Shown piece after piece: positions 13,661-24,700 of a stretch of DNA of 64,000 nucleotides. The notes under the pieces are model-generated. The model was not told the origin of the DNA. It did not search any database and was given only the letters and a program-made list of their open reading frames with translations. How positions within the stretch are numbered: the first letter of the stretch is position 1; each line of letters starts with the position of its first letter. The translations under genes and the position numbers were made by a program. This DNA is from Malacoraja senta (lineage: Eukaryota): assembly GCA_038087875.1 (NCBI GenBank), contig CM075981.1, forward strand, positions 72,850,001 through 72,914,000, written 5' to 3'.

Positions 13661-13791
13661 AAGGTCAAGAGTGTTTTATTGTCATATGTGCCATATAGAA
13701 CAATGACATTCTTACTTGCAGCATCACAACAGAATATGCAAACATAGTATGAAGGAACTGTAAACAATATGATAAACGAGATAAAAAGTTC

Positions 13792-13834
<43 letters not shown>

Positions 13835-13917
13835 CAATCAATCAATCAGATTTTATTCATCACATACACAATAAAGTGCAGTGAAATGAACTTGCCAGCA
13901 GCAGTACAAACAAAAAA

Positions 13918-14049
13918 NNNNNNNNNNNNNNNNNNNNNNNNNNNNNNNNNNNNNNNNNNNNNNNNNNNNNNNNNNNNNNNNNNNNNNNNNNNNNNNNNNN
14001 NNNNNNNNNNNNNNNNNNNNNNNNNNNNNNNNNNNNNNNNNNNNNNNNN
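13918..14049. other. Assembly gap (N run)
   Basis: Run of N. Confidence 1.
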
Positions 14050-14369
14050 GCAAAAATAGTGCAATAATAACAATTATAGTCCATGTAGTTCAGAGCTCAT
14101 TTGAAGGTTGTAGTGTTGAATAGCCTAATGGTTGTAGAGAAGTAGCTGTTCCTGAACGTTATTTTTAGGGTCCTATACCTTACAATCTGTTCATGTTTTT
14201 GGGTGAAAGAAAACAACACTGCTGTTGCTCATTGCAAAAGGGAAAATAGTGAATGTAGGAAGGAACTGCAGCTGCTGGTTTAAACTGAAGATAGACATAA
14301 AAAGCTGGAGTAACTCAGCGGGTCAGACAGCATCTCTGGAGAAAAGTAATAGGTGATGTTTTGGGTCAT

Positions 14370-14592
14370 AGAAACATAGAAAAATAGGTGCAGGAGTAGG
14401 CCATTCAGCCCTTTGAGCCAGCACCGCCATTCAATATGATCATGGCCTATCATCTAAAATCAGTACCCCGTTCCTGCTTTTTCCTTATATCCCTTGATTC
14501 CTTCAGCCCTACGAGCTAAATCTAACTCTGACTTGAAAACATCCAGTGAATTGGCCTCCACTGCCTTCCACAGATTCACAACTCTCTGGGTG
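14370..14592 (-). mobile_element. CR1 3' end nested in a Penelope-related short repeat
   Basis: Antisense ..KAGTGY* with (ATAGAAAC) tail interrupts GGGTC|GAGACCC. Confidence 0.75.
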
Positions 14593-15557
14593 AGACCCAT
14601 CTTCAGACAGAGCCAGGGGAAGGGGAAGTGAGAGATAAAGACGGAGATATAAAACACATTAATGAAAGATATGCAAAAAAGTAACAATGATAAAGGAAGC
14701 AGGCCATTGTTAACTGTAGGCTAGGTGAAAATGAGTTACAGACAAAGTGAATGGCATGCCCTTGGAACAGACCATGCCAAAGACTTTAAAGTACAAACTT
14801 TTGGAACCAGTTTTGCTGTTGGGTAAAGAAAGATTTGCGTAGAGGCGATGGGGGTGTGCTGATGAGAACAAAAAGGGACCCAGTGGTGAGGGCCACCGAG
14901 ATCAAAGAGGGTAGACACAAATAGCTGGAATAATTCGTGGGTCAGGCAGCAATTCTGGAGAAAAGGAATAGTTGACGTTTCGGGTCGAGACTCTTCCTCA
15001 GACTGTCAGGGGAAAGGGAAACGAGAGATCAAGGAAAGGTGGAGCCCACAATGGTCAAATGTTGACCAATGAGGGACAGTGGGGGAGCTGCTGCCGAGAA
15101 GAATGAGGAACTTGGCGCCGCCGAGAACAAAGAGTACTTTTGCAACTTCATCGGCGCCAGAAACGTGGCAACTTTTTGTGTACTTTGTACACATGGATAG
15201 TCGTCGTTTTGGGTCAGTGGAGATGCTGCCTGACCCGCTGAATGCCTTTAAGTAAACCTCATCCTTAATAATGGACTCTAAAATCTTACCAACTACTGAA
15301 GTCAGGCTAACTAGCCTATAGTTTCCCCTCTTTTGTCTCCCTCCCTTCTTGACCAGTGGAGTAACATTTGCAATAGTTAGTTGGGCCGAAGGGCCTGTTT
15401 CCATTCTGCATGACTCTGCATGAATGTAAATAAAACTATTGTGTAGAAGAACCAGCCTTGTAGCAGTGATTGCAGGGAACAGGTCATGTGTGAAAGACAG
15501 TTCCATAAGAAGCGCCACATGCAGTTGATGGGCAAACTGCGGGAGAGACGAGTAAGC

Positions 15558-15720
15558 ATGAAATCTGTTCTGATCGCAATTACACTACTAAGTTCAGTTT
15601 TGGCAGATGAACAGAACATCGAAAATCTTGTTTCCACACTGGAGAAGGTGTCTACCTCTTTAGAAACTTCAACAGATCAACTTAATTTGAATGGAATATT
15701 AGGAACTGTTATTTTAAACG
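15558..15720 (+). CDS. C16orf89: C16orf89-like A exon 1 (signal peptide [16 protein letters not shown]...[12 protein letters not shown])
   Basis: ATG at 15558 (in-frame upstream ATG at 15519); GTAAGT donor at 15721. Confidence 0.85.
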
Positions 15721-18700
15721 GTAAGTCGAATGACAGATCCTGTCTATGGTGTGGCCAGGGTTGTCGCCCTGTCAGGCACCCCTCGGTTGTAAACTAATGC
15801 TGGTACTGAGACCTTGTAGGTTTGTTAATGTAGAGTGAAGTACAGAGTTCAGTTTATTTATTCATGTGTGTATATATTTATATAATGGTATATGGACACA
15901 CTGATCTGTTTTGTAGTCAATGCCTACTATGTTCTGTTGTGCTGAAGCAAAGCAAGAATTTCATTGTCCTATCAGGGACACATGACAATAAACTCTCTTG
16001 AACTTGAACTTGAGAGATGATGGGGTGGAATGGCCCAGATATTTCCACCCTGAACAGTTATGAGATGTCATTAATCCATTCAAAAAAGTTAAACATATTC
16101 TGTGTATATTAATTCTTGCACCAAGATAGAAAGAAGGATGTAGAAAGATAATTAAAAAAAATAATTGTTATTTTCAAAATTGCTAAACTTGGAATAAATT
16201 AATACAGAAGAGGAAATCAAAACTTACTTTCAGGTGCAAGCTGCTCACAATAACTTATATCCAGTTATAAAATTGTGAAGATTTTATATTTGGAGCCAAA
16301 CAATCAAGCGTACAAAAAGTCAAGAGTAAGAAAAATTAAAAAAAGTACTTAAATAAAAGATAGTTATGAAAAAGGTTGATTGTAAATGAAGACACAAGAA
16401 CTGCTGATACTGGAATTCTGAGCTAAACTCACTACTGGAGGAACTCAAGGGATCAGGCAGCACCAATGGAGGGAATGGACTGACAACTTTTTGGGGCCTT
16501 ATATATTTATATTAGTTCAAATTTGCATCAGATTTCTTGTTGAATTTAAATGTGATTTTGCCATTTTTATTCTGCAGCTCAACTGCTAGGGGCCCTTCGT
16601 AGCTGGAATATTCCAGGACCAGGTTCTGTTGCACTGCATGTAAGGCTGAAGGGTGTTGTGAGAAAAGTAAACATCGTAACAAGAAATGGTATGAGAGAAC
16701 TAAGAATAAATGAGCCTAAAGATTACAAAGGTAAACTTTAAGATTATGCAATTAATAAAATACCAATTTTCTGCCATTTTTTAAGTTTGCACTTTGCTCA
16801 CTCTGTTCTACTTGAGTTTGACTTGATTGTATTCATGTACAGTATTATCTGATAGGATAGCATGCAAAATAAAGCTTTTCACTGTACCTTTGTACCTCTG
16901 ACAATAATAAACCTAAACTTAAAACCTAGGTTTAATTTGCAAATCTGCTCTGCATTCATGGGCAAGATGAAGCCTCACTCATTACCTGGTGTGTCTTCAA
17001 TAATTGACAGATCATGACTCTAATGGCGCCAGTGAGTGATGTCTGTAGTTATTAATATCGTTAAATTAAAACAAAAGGTACTAGATAACATTCAACAGTT
17101 CAGGCAGCAACAGTTTGGCAAGACAATATGGAGTTAATGTTTTGGGTACAGGCACTCCCAGGTTTACAAACACTCATTTTATGTACAGCCCATACACTGG
17201 CAGTATGGATTTGTTGGCTGCTGTGGACCTGTAGGCATTTTCGGTTGTGTGAGGATTCTGATTAATAAAACAAAACCCTGTCTTAACCTGGGGTGGACCT
17301 GCAATGAATGATGATTCTTCACCTTTGCACTACACAGCAGTGACTAAGAAGCATTTATTTGATTGTATTGCACTGTCATAATTTAAATAAGAAATATTTT
17401 CTCCTAAGACATGTTTCTCAGAAACTCATTACTGTGTATGTGTTTGCTGTCCAAATTCCACTGATTATAACTGACACCTAGGACCGTGTTCAAAGGATAC
17501 CAACATGGAGACAGATTATCTAAGAATAGTTTACAAGGCTGGTCATAGAATGCAAACAATTCCAAAATGACCATGACTAATATCCATCCAACACGTCTAC
17601 AAACTTTTCAACAATATCTGTTAGTTCCACGTGTTTTGTTTTCTCCATAGTTAAATCCAAGCTCTCTGTGCAGCTCCCTTCTTATTTTTGTGGCTATCTT
17701 CTCTGCTTCCAATGTTTTTTGCTATCCAATAAAAGTTCAATATCTGTGTACCCATTAGATTGTTTCGCAAATTGCATTAACTCTGCCCGTAGGAAAACAT
17801 CACTGGAGAGAATTGATCAAAAGTTTGTTTATTGAGTATTTGAGGAAGTTCTCAGGGGTAAAAGGGGTAGAAACTTAGCGAGTGTGATCTTGAGCTTATG
17901 GTCTAGGTGGCTGAAGACATGACATCAGTGGTGGAGCAACAAAAATTAGGGAGATGGCATAGAATTGGAGTAGGTAATAGAAACGGAATGGTATTGAGGC
18001 TAAAGATTACGATTCAATGGGGATCTAGAATTCTTGGCAAGACTTGGTAGATTAGGAGCGAGTGGGCAAAAAAATCTGATGTATGATTGTGTTGTGAGGT
18101 ATTTTTAGACGTGGAAGCACTCTTCTCACTTTTAGGCTGCAAGCAAAAGAGATTCTTCACAAAATAACAGCAGTGTTTGGCACAGATATATCTAAAGAAG
18201 ATTCACTTGTTATAATGATTCTGTTTCTCTTGTCTCCAAGCTCATCTATTCGTTTGATTGTGATAGCACGAAAGGCTTGGTTGACTGCTTCACTATGATG
18301 AAATCGTTCAAACTTTCCAAGTGAATCACATAAAATATGCTCCACAATACAAGGATTTGTGGGTAGGTAGGTTAATTGGCCATTGTAAATTGCCCCTAGT
18401 GTGTAAATTAATGGAAGATTCTCAGGTACTTGATGGAAATGTGGGGAAAATTGAATCTAGCAAGCATCCACTTTTACACTAGTCCTACTCAAACGCATTC
18501 TATTTTCCCCACATTTCCATCAAGTACCTGAGAATCTTCCATTAATTTACACACTAGGGGCAATTTACAATGGCCAATTAACCTACCTACCCACAAATCC
18601 TTGTATTGTGGAACATCCAGAGAAAACCCAAATGGTCACATGGAGAATGTGCAAACTCCACACAGGCAGCATTGGCTGAAAAGATTGAACCTAGGCTACT

Positions 18701-21700
18701 GCAGCTGTGTGGCAGCAACTCTACTAGTTACGCCACTGTGTTGCTTAAAGGGCAGGCTGTTTTTTGGGGACTCTTTAAGATTAAGTCTTTCAGTCAATTG
18801 ACCCTTATGCTGAGGAGAAGCCTACTATGATTGTGTCCTTCATTCAAGAAGGAGATGAAAATTGGTCTAGCCTGCTGAGTGTGTCCAGCATTTTCTCATA
18901 TTACTGCTGTTCAGGAAGTTGTATGTTGGAGATGTGTTGCTAGAATGACCCTGAAGGATAGGCTTTCTTTCCTTCCTCCAACCTCTTCTGGCAGGTTGTT
19001 CAGTGGGTCTTTTCCCATTTCAACTTTCAGTCATGCTGGGGTCTGGGCGAGTAGCCCCAAATCAACCATCTCCTCACATACACCGAAGCCATCTTGAGGT
19101 AAAACTCCCATGCAGTGTAGTTGTCTGCAATCAAGTACACATATCCACCTCCTGCAAGTATGGTGACTAGTTTTATTTCACAATAAAGCTTTATAAAAAT
19201 CACGCAGAAAATTATAGTTTCCAAATACCATCCCTAATTATTCTCATTTCTAAGTACGTTCCTTGGGAACTAAGAGTGCTATGTCCTTATTAAGCACCCT
19301 TTTACTGGATGTCAACTGTATCTACGACATTCTAATCTCCAAGTCTGAAGGCCGGATTGTCTTAACCTGCGCTGGAGCCTCGAGTGCAAGGTTTAGGCTG
19401 AGGTTTGAGTGCAGTTTTGTGAGAGTGGAGAACAATCATATTTTGTTTGGGATAATTAAGGAAGCTGATAGGGGAAATATGAATGAAACAATCGTGAAAC
19501 TCTTGAAACATACCACTGTTAAATTAGAAAATGTCCAATACAGACGTATCCCTAAAGACAATTGACACCTTAATGAGTAAGAGTAACTTTTACTCCTGTA
19601 CTCCAACGTTTAGAGAAACTGTGCTATTTGTATGCTTGATGTCAATAAGCGAGTTTGGTATTCTGACTGCGCATGCCCAGGTCATAGGTCACTAGTTATA
19701 AACAGTCTCGGCAACGGTGGTGCTGCATTGTGTGCAGGCTTGCGTTTCGTCCGTAGTCGGGGTCGGGCCCGGCTCTACGTCGCTGCAGGCGCTGTCTAGT
19801 TGCTGTTGGGCCATTCCCGTCCCCTCCACGGTGTCCCGTCCCTGTCTGGAGGTGTCCAGGGTGGCCCTGGGCTGGCGGGGCGGCGCTGGACTTGCAGTCG
19901 CTGGCTCCAGCTCAGCTCTGCCTGTTCTGCTGGATTGGCCGGCAGCCCTCCACCTCCACCCCCCTCCCCTCAGTCCGACACCGAGATCCTGCTGAAGATG
20001 GGCAGCCGCCGGCCCTGCTCGAAACCGGGCGATTCGGAGCCGCTGCTGCTGGAATCGCCCTGGTCGGAGAGAGAGTCTGTGGATGGGCTCCTGGCGGCAG
20101 CAACAACCCCCTCCCCCTCCCTTGCCCAGCCCCAAGCCCAGATTCCGGGCCAACTCTAGGTCGGGGCTGAAGGCCGCCAGCTGCGCTGCCCAGTCGAGCA
20201 CTGGGCCGGAGGAGGCTGAGCCCAGGCTGGCCCTCTGGCGCAGGCGAGGCTGGGGCCCTCGCTCCTCCTCGGGGTTGTGCTAGAAGTGGCAGCGGGTACC
20301 GTAGGGGCAGAAGCCGGTGGTGTGGAAGGTGCTCCATCTTGTACTTGGGGTGGCGGCTGAGGGAGCACAGCTCCGCCAGGCTGTGGGTGAACTGACACTT
20401 GTCGCCATAGCGACCCATCGGGGAGCGGGTTCCTCTGGAGTTGGGCTGGAGTTGGCGCTTCTTCTCCGCACTGGCTGTGGGCCTGGGGCCGCTGGTGTCG
20501 CCAGACACGGTGGTGGTTGGCCCGGCGGGAGAGGCGGAGGTGAGCTGAGGTTGGTGCTTCTCTGCGCTGGCTGTGGGCCTAGGGGCCGGTGTCCTGTCGG
20601 TCGGGACGTCACCGGCCGTCCCCCCGGGCAGGGATGGGACGCTCGAGTGGGGGGACGGGGATGGTCCAGTGGCAGTTCGGCACCGCTTGCTGCGCCGGGG
20701 ACTCGGGTTTGATCCTGGCTGCGGATGAGGCGTGGGTCTGTGTATGTGCAGCTGCCGAGAGCCGGTCCAGTCAACCCCCCCCGTCTCACACTCGCATCTG
20801 CCCCTCTATCTGCCCCCTGACAAATACAAACTTGAAAAAAGACAACAAATTGGACCCAAACTAGACTCACTGTATCTACAGCGCTTCATTCGATTTTTAT
20901 TTATAGCATTTGCCCTTTGACAAATTCCATGATTCCTTGCGTTTTTCGGAATACCGAACTCGCTTATTCTGGTGGAGGTCTCTGATGGATTTAAGATTAT
21001 TATTGTATTTGTTTCCATTCAGAAGTGACTCATTTAAAGTTTAAATGGTTATGAAAGAACTGCAGATGCTGGAAAAATCTAAGGTAGACAAAAATGCTGG
21101 AGAAACTCAGCGGGTGAGGCAGCATCTAATAGCCCTGTCCCATGGTACAAGTTCATTCCAAGAGCTCTCCCGAGTTTAAAAAAAATCAAACTCGTGGTAA
21201 GCACGGAGAATGAACGTAGCGGGTACGTCGGAGCTCGGGGACGTCTCTTAGCGGCTCGTAACGCTAATGGCAAGTACTCGGGAAGACTCGCTAACGGCAG
21301 GTAAGCACGGGAAGACTCGTGAAGATTTTTCTTGAAAAATGTCCACGAGAGCCCCGAGTACCGACGAGTGGCCAATACTGTAAATCTCCGAGTTCGAATC
21401 AGGGCAAACTCGGGAGAACTCTTGGAATGAACTCGTACCGTGGGACAGGGCTTTAAGGAGCAAAGGAATAGGTGACGTTTCGGGTCGAGACCCTTCTTCA
21501 GACTTTTTATTTTTTAAGTTTAAAAATATGTTTCCCTTTGAAAGATGGGCTGGATCCTTCTGATTATGGCGGGAGGCTCTAATCAAAATTGCCACTACTT
21601 AGCGTTTAAAGCTGGATCAAGCCCTATGAATTGTTAACATTTGAAACTAATGGACAGACTTAGAAGCTTATATTGGTTTATTTGCCCCACTGTTGTACTC

Positions 21701-24700
21701 CTTGTGGACTGGAACATTGAAGCTCAATTTTGCTGGGATTAAGCAGCATGATCAGTTTAGTTTATTGTCACGTGTACCGAGGTACAGTGAAAAGCTTTTG
21801 TTGCACGCTAACCAGTCAGCGGAAAGACAATGCATGATTACAATCGAGCCATTCACAGTGTACAGATACATGATAAGGGAAGAACGTTTAGTGCAAGATA
21901 AAGCCAGTAGAGTCTGATCAAAGATGGTCCGAGGGTCACCAATGAGTTAGATAGTAGTTCAGGACTGCTCTCTAGTTGTGGTAGGATGGTTCAGTTGCCT
22001 GATAACAGCTGGGAAGAATCTGGAGTTGCGCGTTTTCACACTTCTATACCTTTTGCTTGATAGGAGAGGGAAGAAGAGGGAGTGGCCTGGGTGCGACTCG
22101 TCCTTGATTATGCTGGTAGCCTTGCAGCATAAAGTGGACAAGCGCTTTTCAATTTTTTTTACGGGTGCACGATTGGAGATACTATTGATTTTAAATGGTT
22201 AAGATTTAAGACATTTTAAAGGAAGGTAACTGTTCAAACTTATTTTTGCTTTCATTCAATTCCTAATTTTATCAACAAGAATTACAGTGAGATCTTGATC
22301 AATTGGGCCAAAGAATTTCAAATAAAGTTTAATTCAGATCAATGTGAAGTTCTGTATTTTGGGAAGATGAATGAGGGCAGGACCATTACAGACTCCCGGT
22401 AAGTATTGTATAGCATAGTGATCTAGGAGTAAAAATACCTGGTTCATTGAAAGTAGCACCACAGGAAGATTGGTGAAAAAGGCTTTTGACACAAACCTGA
22501 GAATCATATTATTGGATAAGATAATCTTGAGATGTTATCACAAGAGTTTGCAGTTTAATTTTAATTTTGCTAATAATTATTGATATTGGGATATTTTATT
22601 TCTTTGCCTAGTCTATCCAAAATTGCTAAATATAAATCTTTGGACTCTAAGTCATCGATGGAAAACAACACGCAAAGCACAAGTTAAGGCTGAAGGGAAA
22701 GGCCCAGATTGTGCTGACAATCATTCCATGAAGCCATGCCTTATTCATTTATTGACTGTTTGGTATGTCCTGTCTTTGCTTCTATAAATTGTTTGTACTG
22801 TACAACAGATAAAGGTCCACTCAAGTAGGGAAAATAAGTATCATAACTCTCCTAATACAGATCACGACAATGAAACACTTAACATAACTTTAATAATTCT
22901 TCAAACATCATATCAATATCTCTTTTCAATACAAAATGTAATTTATCTCTAGGCTGAAACCAAGTAAGCAATATGTTGTTCTATTCATCAGGGTTTAAGA
23001 CTTTCAAGAATTTAATCACAGCTTAATGATTTTATGAATATTTTATATGAGGCATCAATTGTAATTTTAGCTTGGTGATGTATTTGTAAGAGATGTTTGA
23101 GGTTTAAGTTTTCATCCTGATATCTATCTATCTATATACTATTAAAACTGTGTGTGTGTGTGTGTGGGTGTGTGTGTGTGTTTGTGGGTGTCAGATTTGG
23201 CCTTTGATTCCTTGCTCCGCCAAAACCACACGCGAAAACTCCGAGATTTTTTCCATTCCGCTAGACATTACACTTTTACATACCCTAACACACCCATTAT
23301 TAGATTTAGACATTTTTATGTACACATTTTAAAATAAAATCCCCCCCCCCCCCCCCCCCCCGTCCACTCACTCATTTTGTCGCCTCCTGCTGGCCAGCCA
23401 ACATAACGGCTGCTGCCACCCGGCTCTGCTCCAAAAACGCCGACATTTTTTTTCTTTCACTGGCGATTTTTGCAACTGCCACCTGCCTCTCCTCCATTAC
23501 CTCCCCCCCCCCCTCCCCCCCGGGCCGGCTCTCTCACGCTGGCTCAAGCGCCCGGCTCTCCTCCAAAAACACCGACATTTTCATTTTTTCCCAGGCGATT
23601 TTCACTGCTGCCGCCCGGCTCTCCTCCAATACCCCCCCCGGCCGGCTCTCTCACGCTGGCTCAAGCGCCCGGCTCTCCTCCAAAAACAACTACATTTTTC
23701 TTCATTCGCGGGCGATTTTCACTGCTGCCGCTCGGCTCTCCTCCACTACCCCCCACCCCCCCCGGGCCGGCTCTCTCACACTGGCTCATGCCAAACATCG
23801 GCTCTTCCCCCTCTGCTTTTCGCCGTCCTCTGTTCGAGGACGCCGAAAAGCAGCGGCGGAACAACCCATCTTTGCCTTCAGCCAGCGTGACAGAGCCGGC
23901 GCGTCAACGGCCTGTTGGCCCGCAGCCCCATTGAGGGCGTATGCAGCGTCTCGACGGCCTAACGCAGCGTCTCGACGTCGTACACAGCGTCTTGACGGCA
24001 TAAGCCGCCTACGCCCCCTACGCCGTCAAGACGCTGCGTACGACGGTGAGACGCTGCGTACGGCCGTCCAGGTGCTGCCTACGCCGTCAAGACGCTGAAG
24101 CACGTTCGGGAACCAGACCCCGGGGTCTGAAGCACGTTCGGGGACCAGACTCAACGGGTCTGCACTTGGTCCAGTATCTGTTAAAAATGATAAACTGACA
24201 GCTCTGCTCTTATTTTACCACTCCTAGTTTAGATGGTTACTTTTGTGAGATCAAAGACAGATTAAAAAGTGGATGCTGGAGAAGGCCAATCAACCCAGTG
24301 AGCCTTCTATACCATTTCTATGTGATGGTGGCTGAACATGAAAATTAAGTCACCTGTTCTGCCTTCACTCCTGATCTCTTGATGTCCTTAGCCTTTTGAA
24401 CCATATCTATCTCCGTCATGAATATATGTAATAAATTGATTTTGGCTTCCTTCTGTGGCAGAGAATTTCACAGGTGTACCATTCTTTTGGTCAGGAGTGT
24501 GTTTTCCTCCAACTGAATGAATTACTCTGTACCCTTGGGCTGTGGCCCGTGGAACTGAACTTCCCACTGTCCACCTGAGCTGCATAGTCTAGTCAGGACT
24601 TAATATGTCTCAACAAGGGTTCCTCTCATTCATTTATTCTAGCAAAAATCAGCCCAATTGTCCAGACTATTATTCATGCCAACTTCAGTGGAATCGATCT

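Noticed and set aside
15006-15518. 170-aa minus-strand ORF
   Set aside because: Mosaic of CR1, Penelope-related and other repeat pieces.
19645-20967. Ordinary processed pseudogene of ZFP36
   Set aside because: No poly(A) tail or retro-type TSD; bounded by TIRs shared with an independent insertion.
23470-23934. Proline-rich ORF
   Set aside because: Translation of the tandem C-rich units inside the Helitron-like element.
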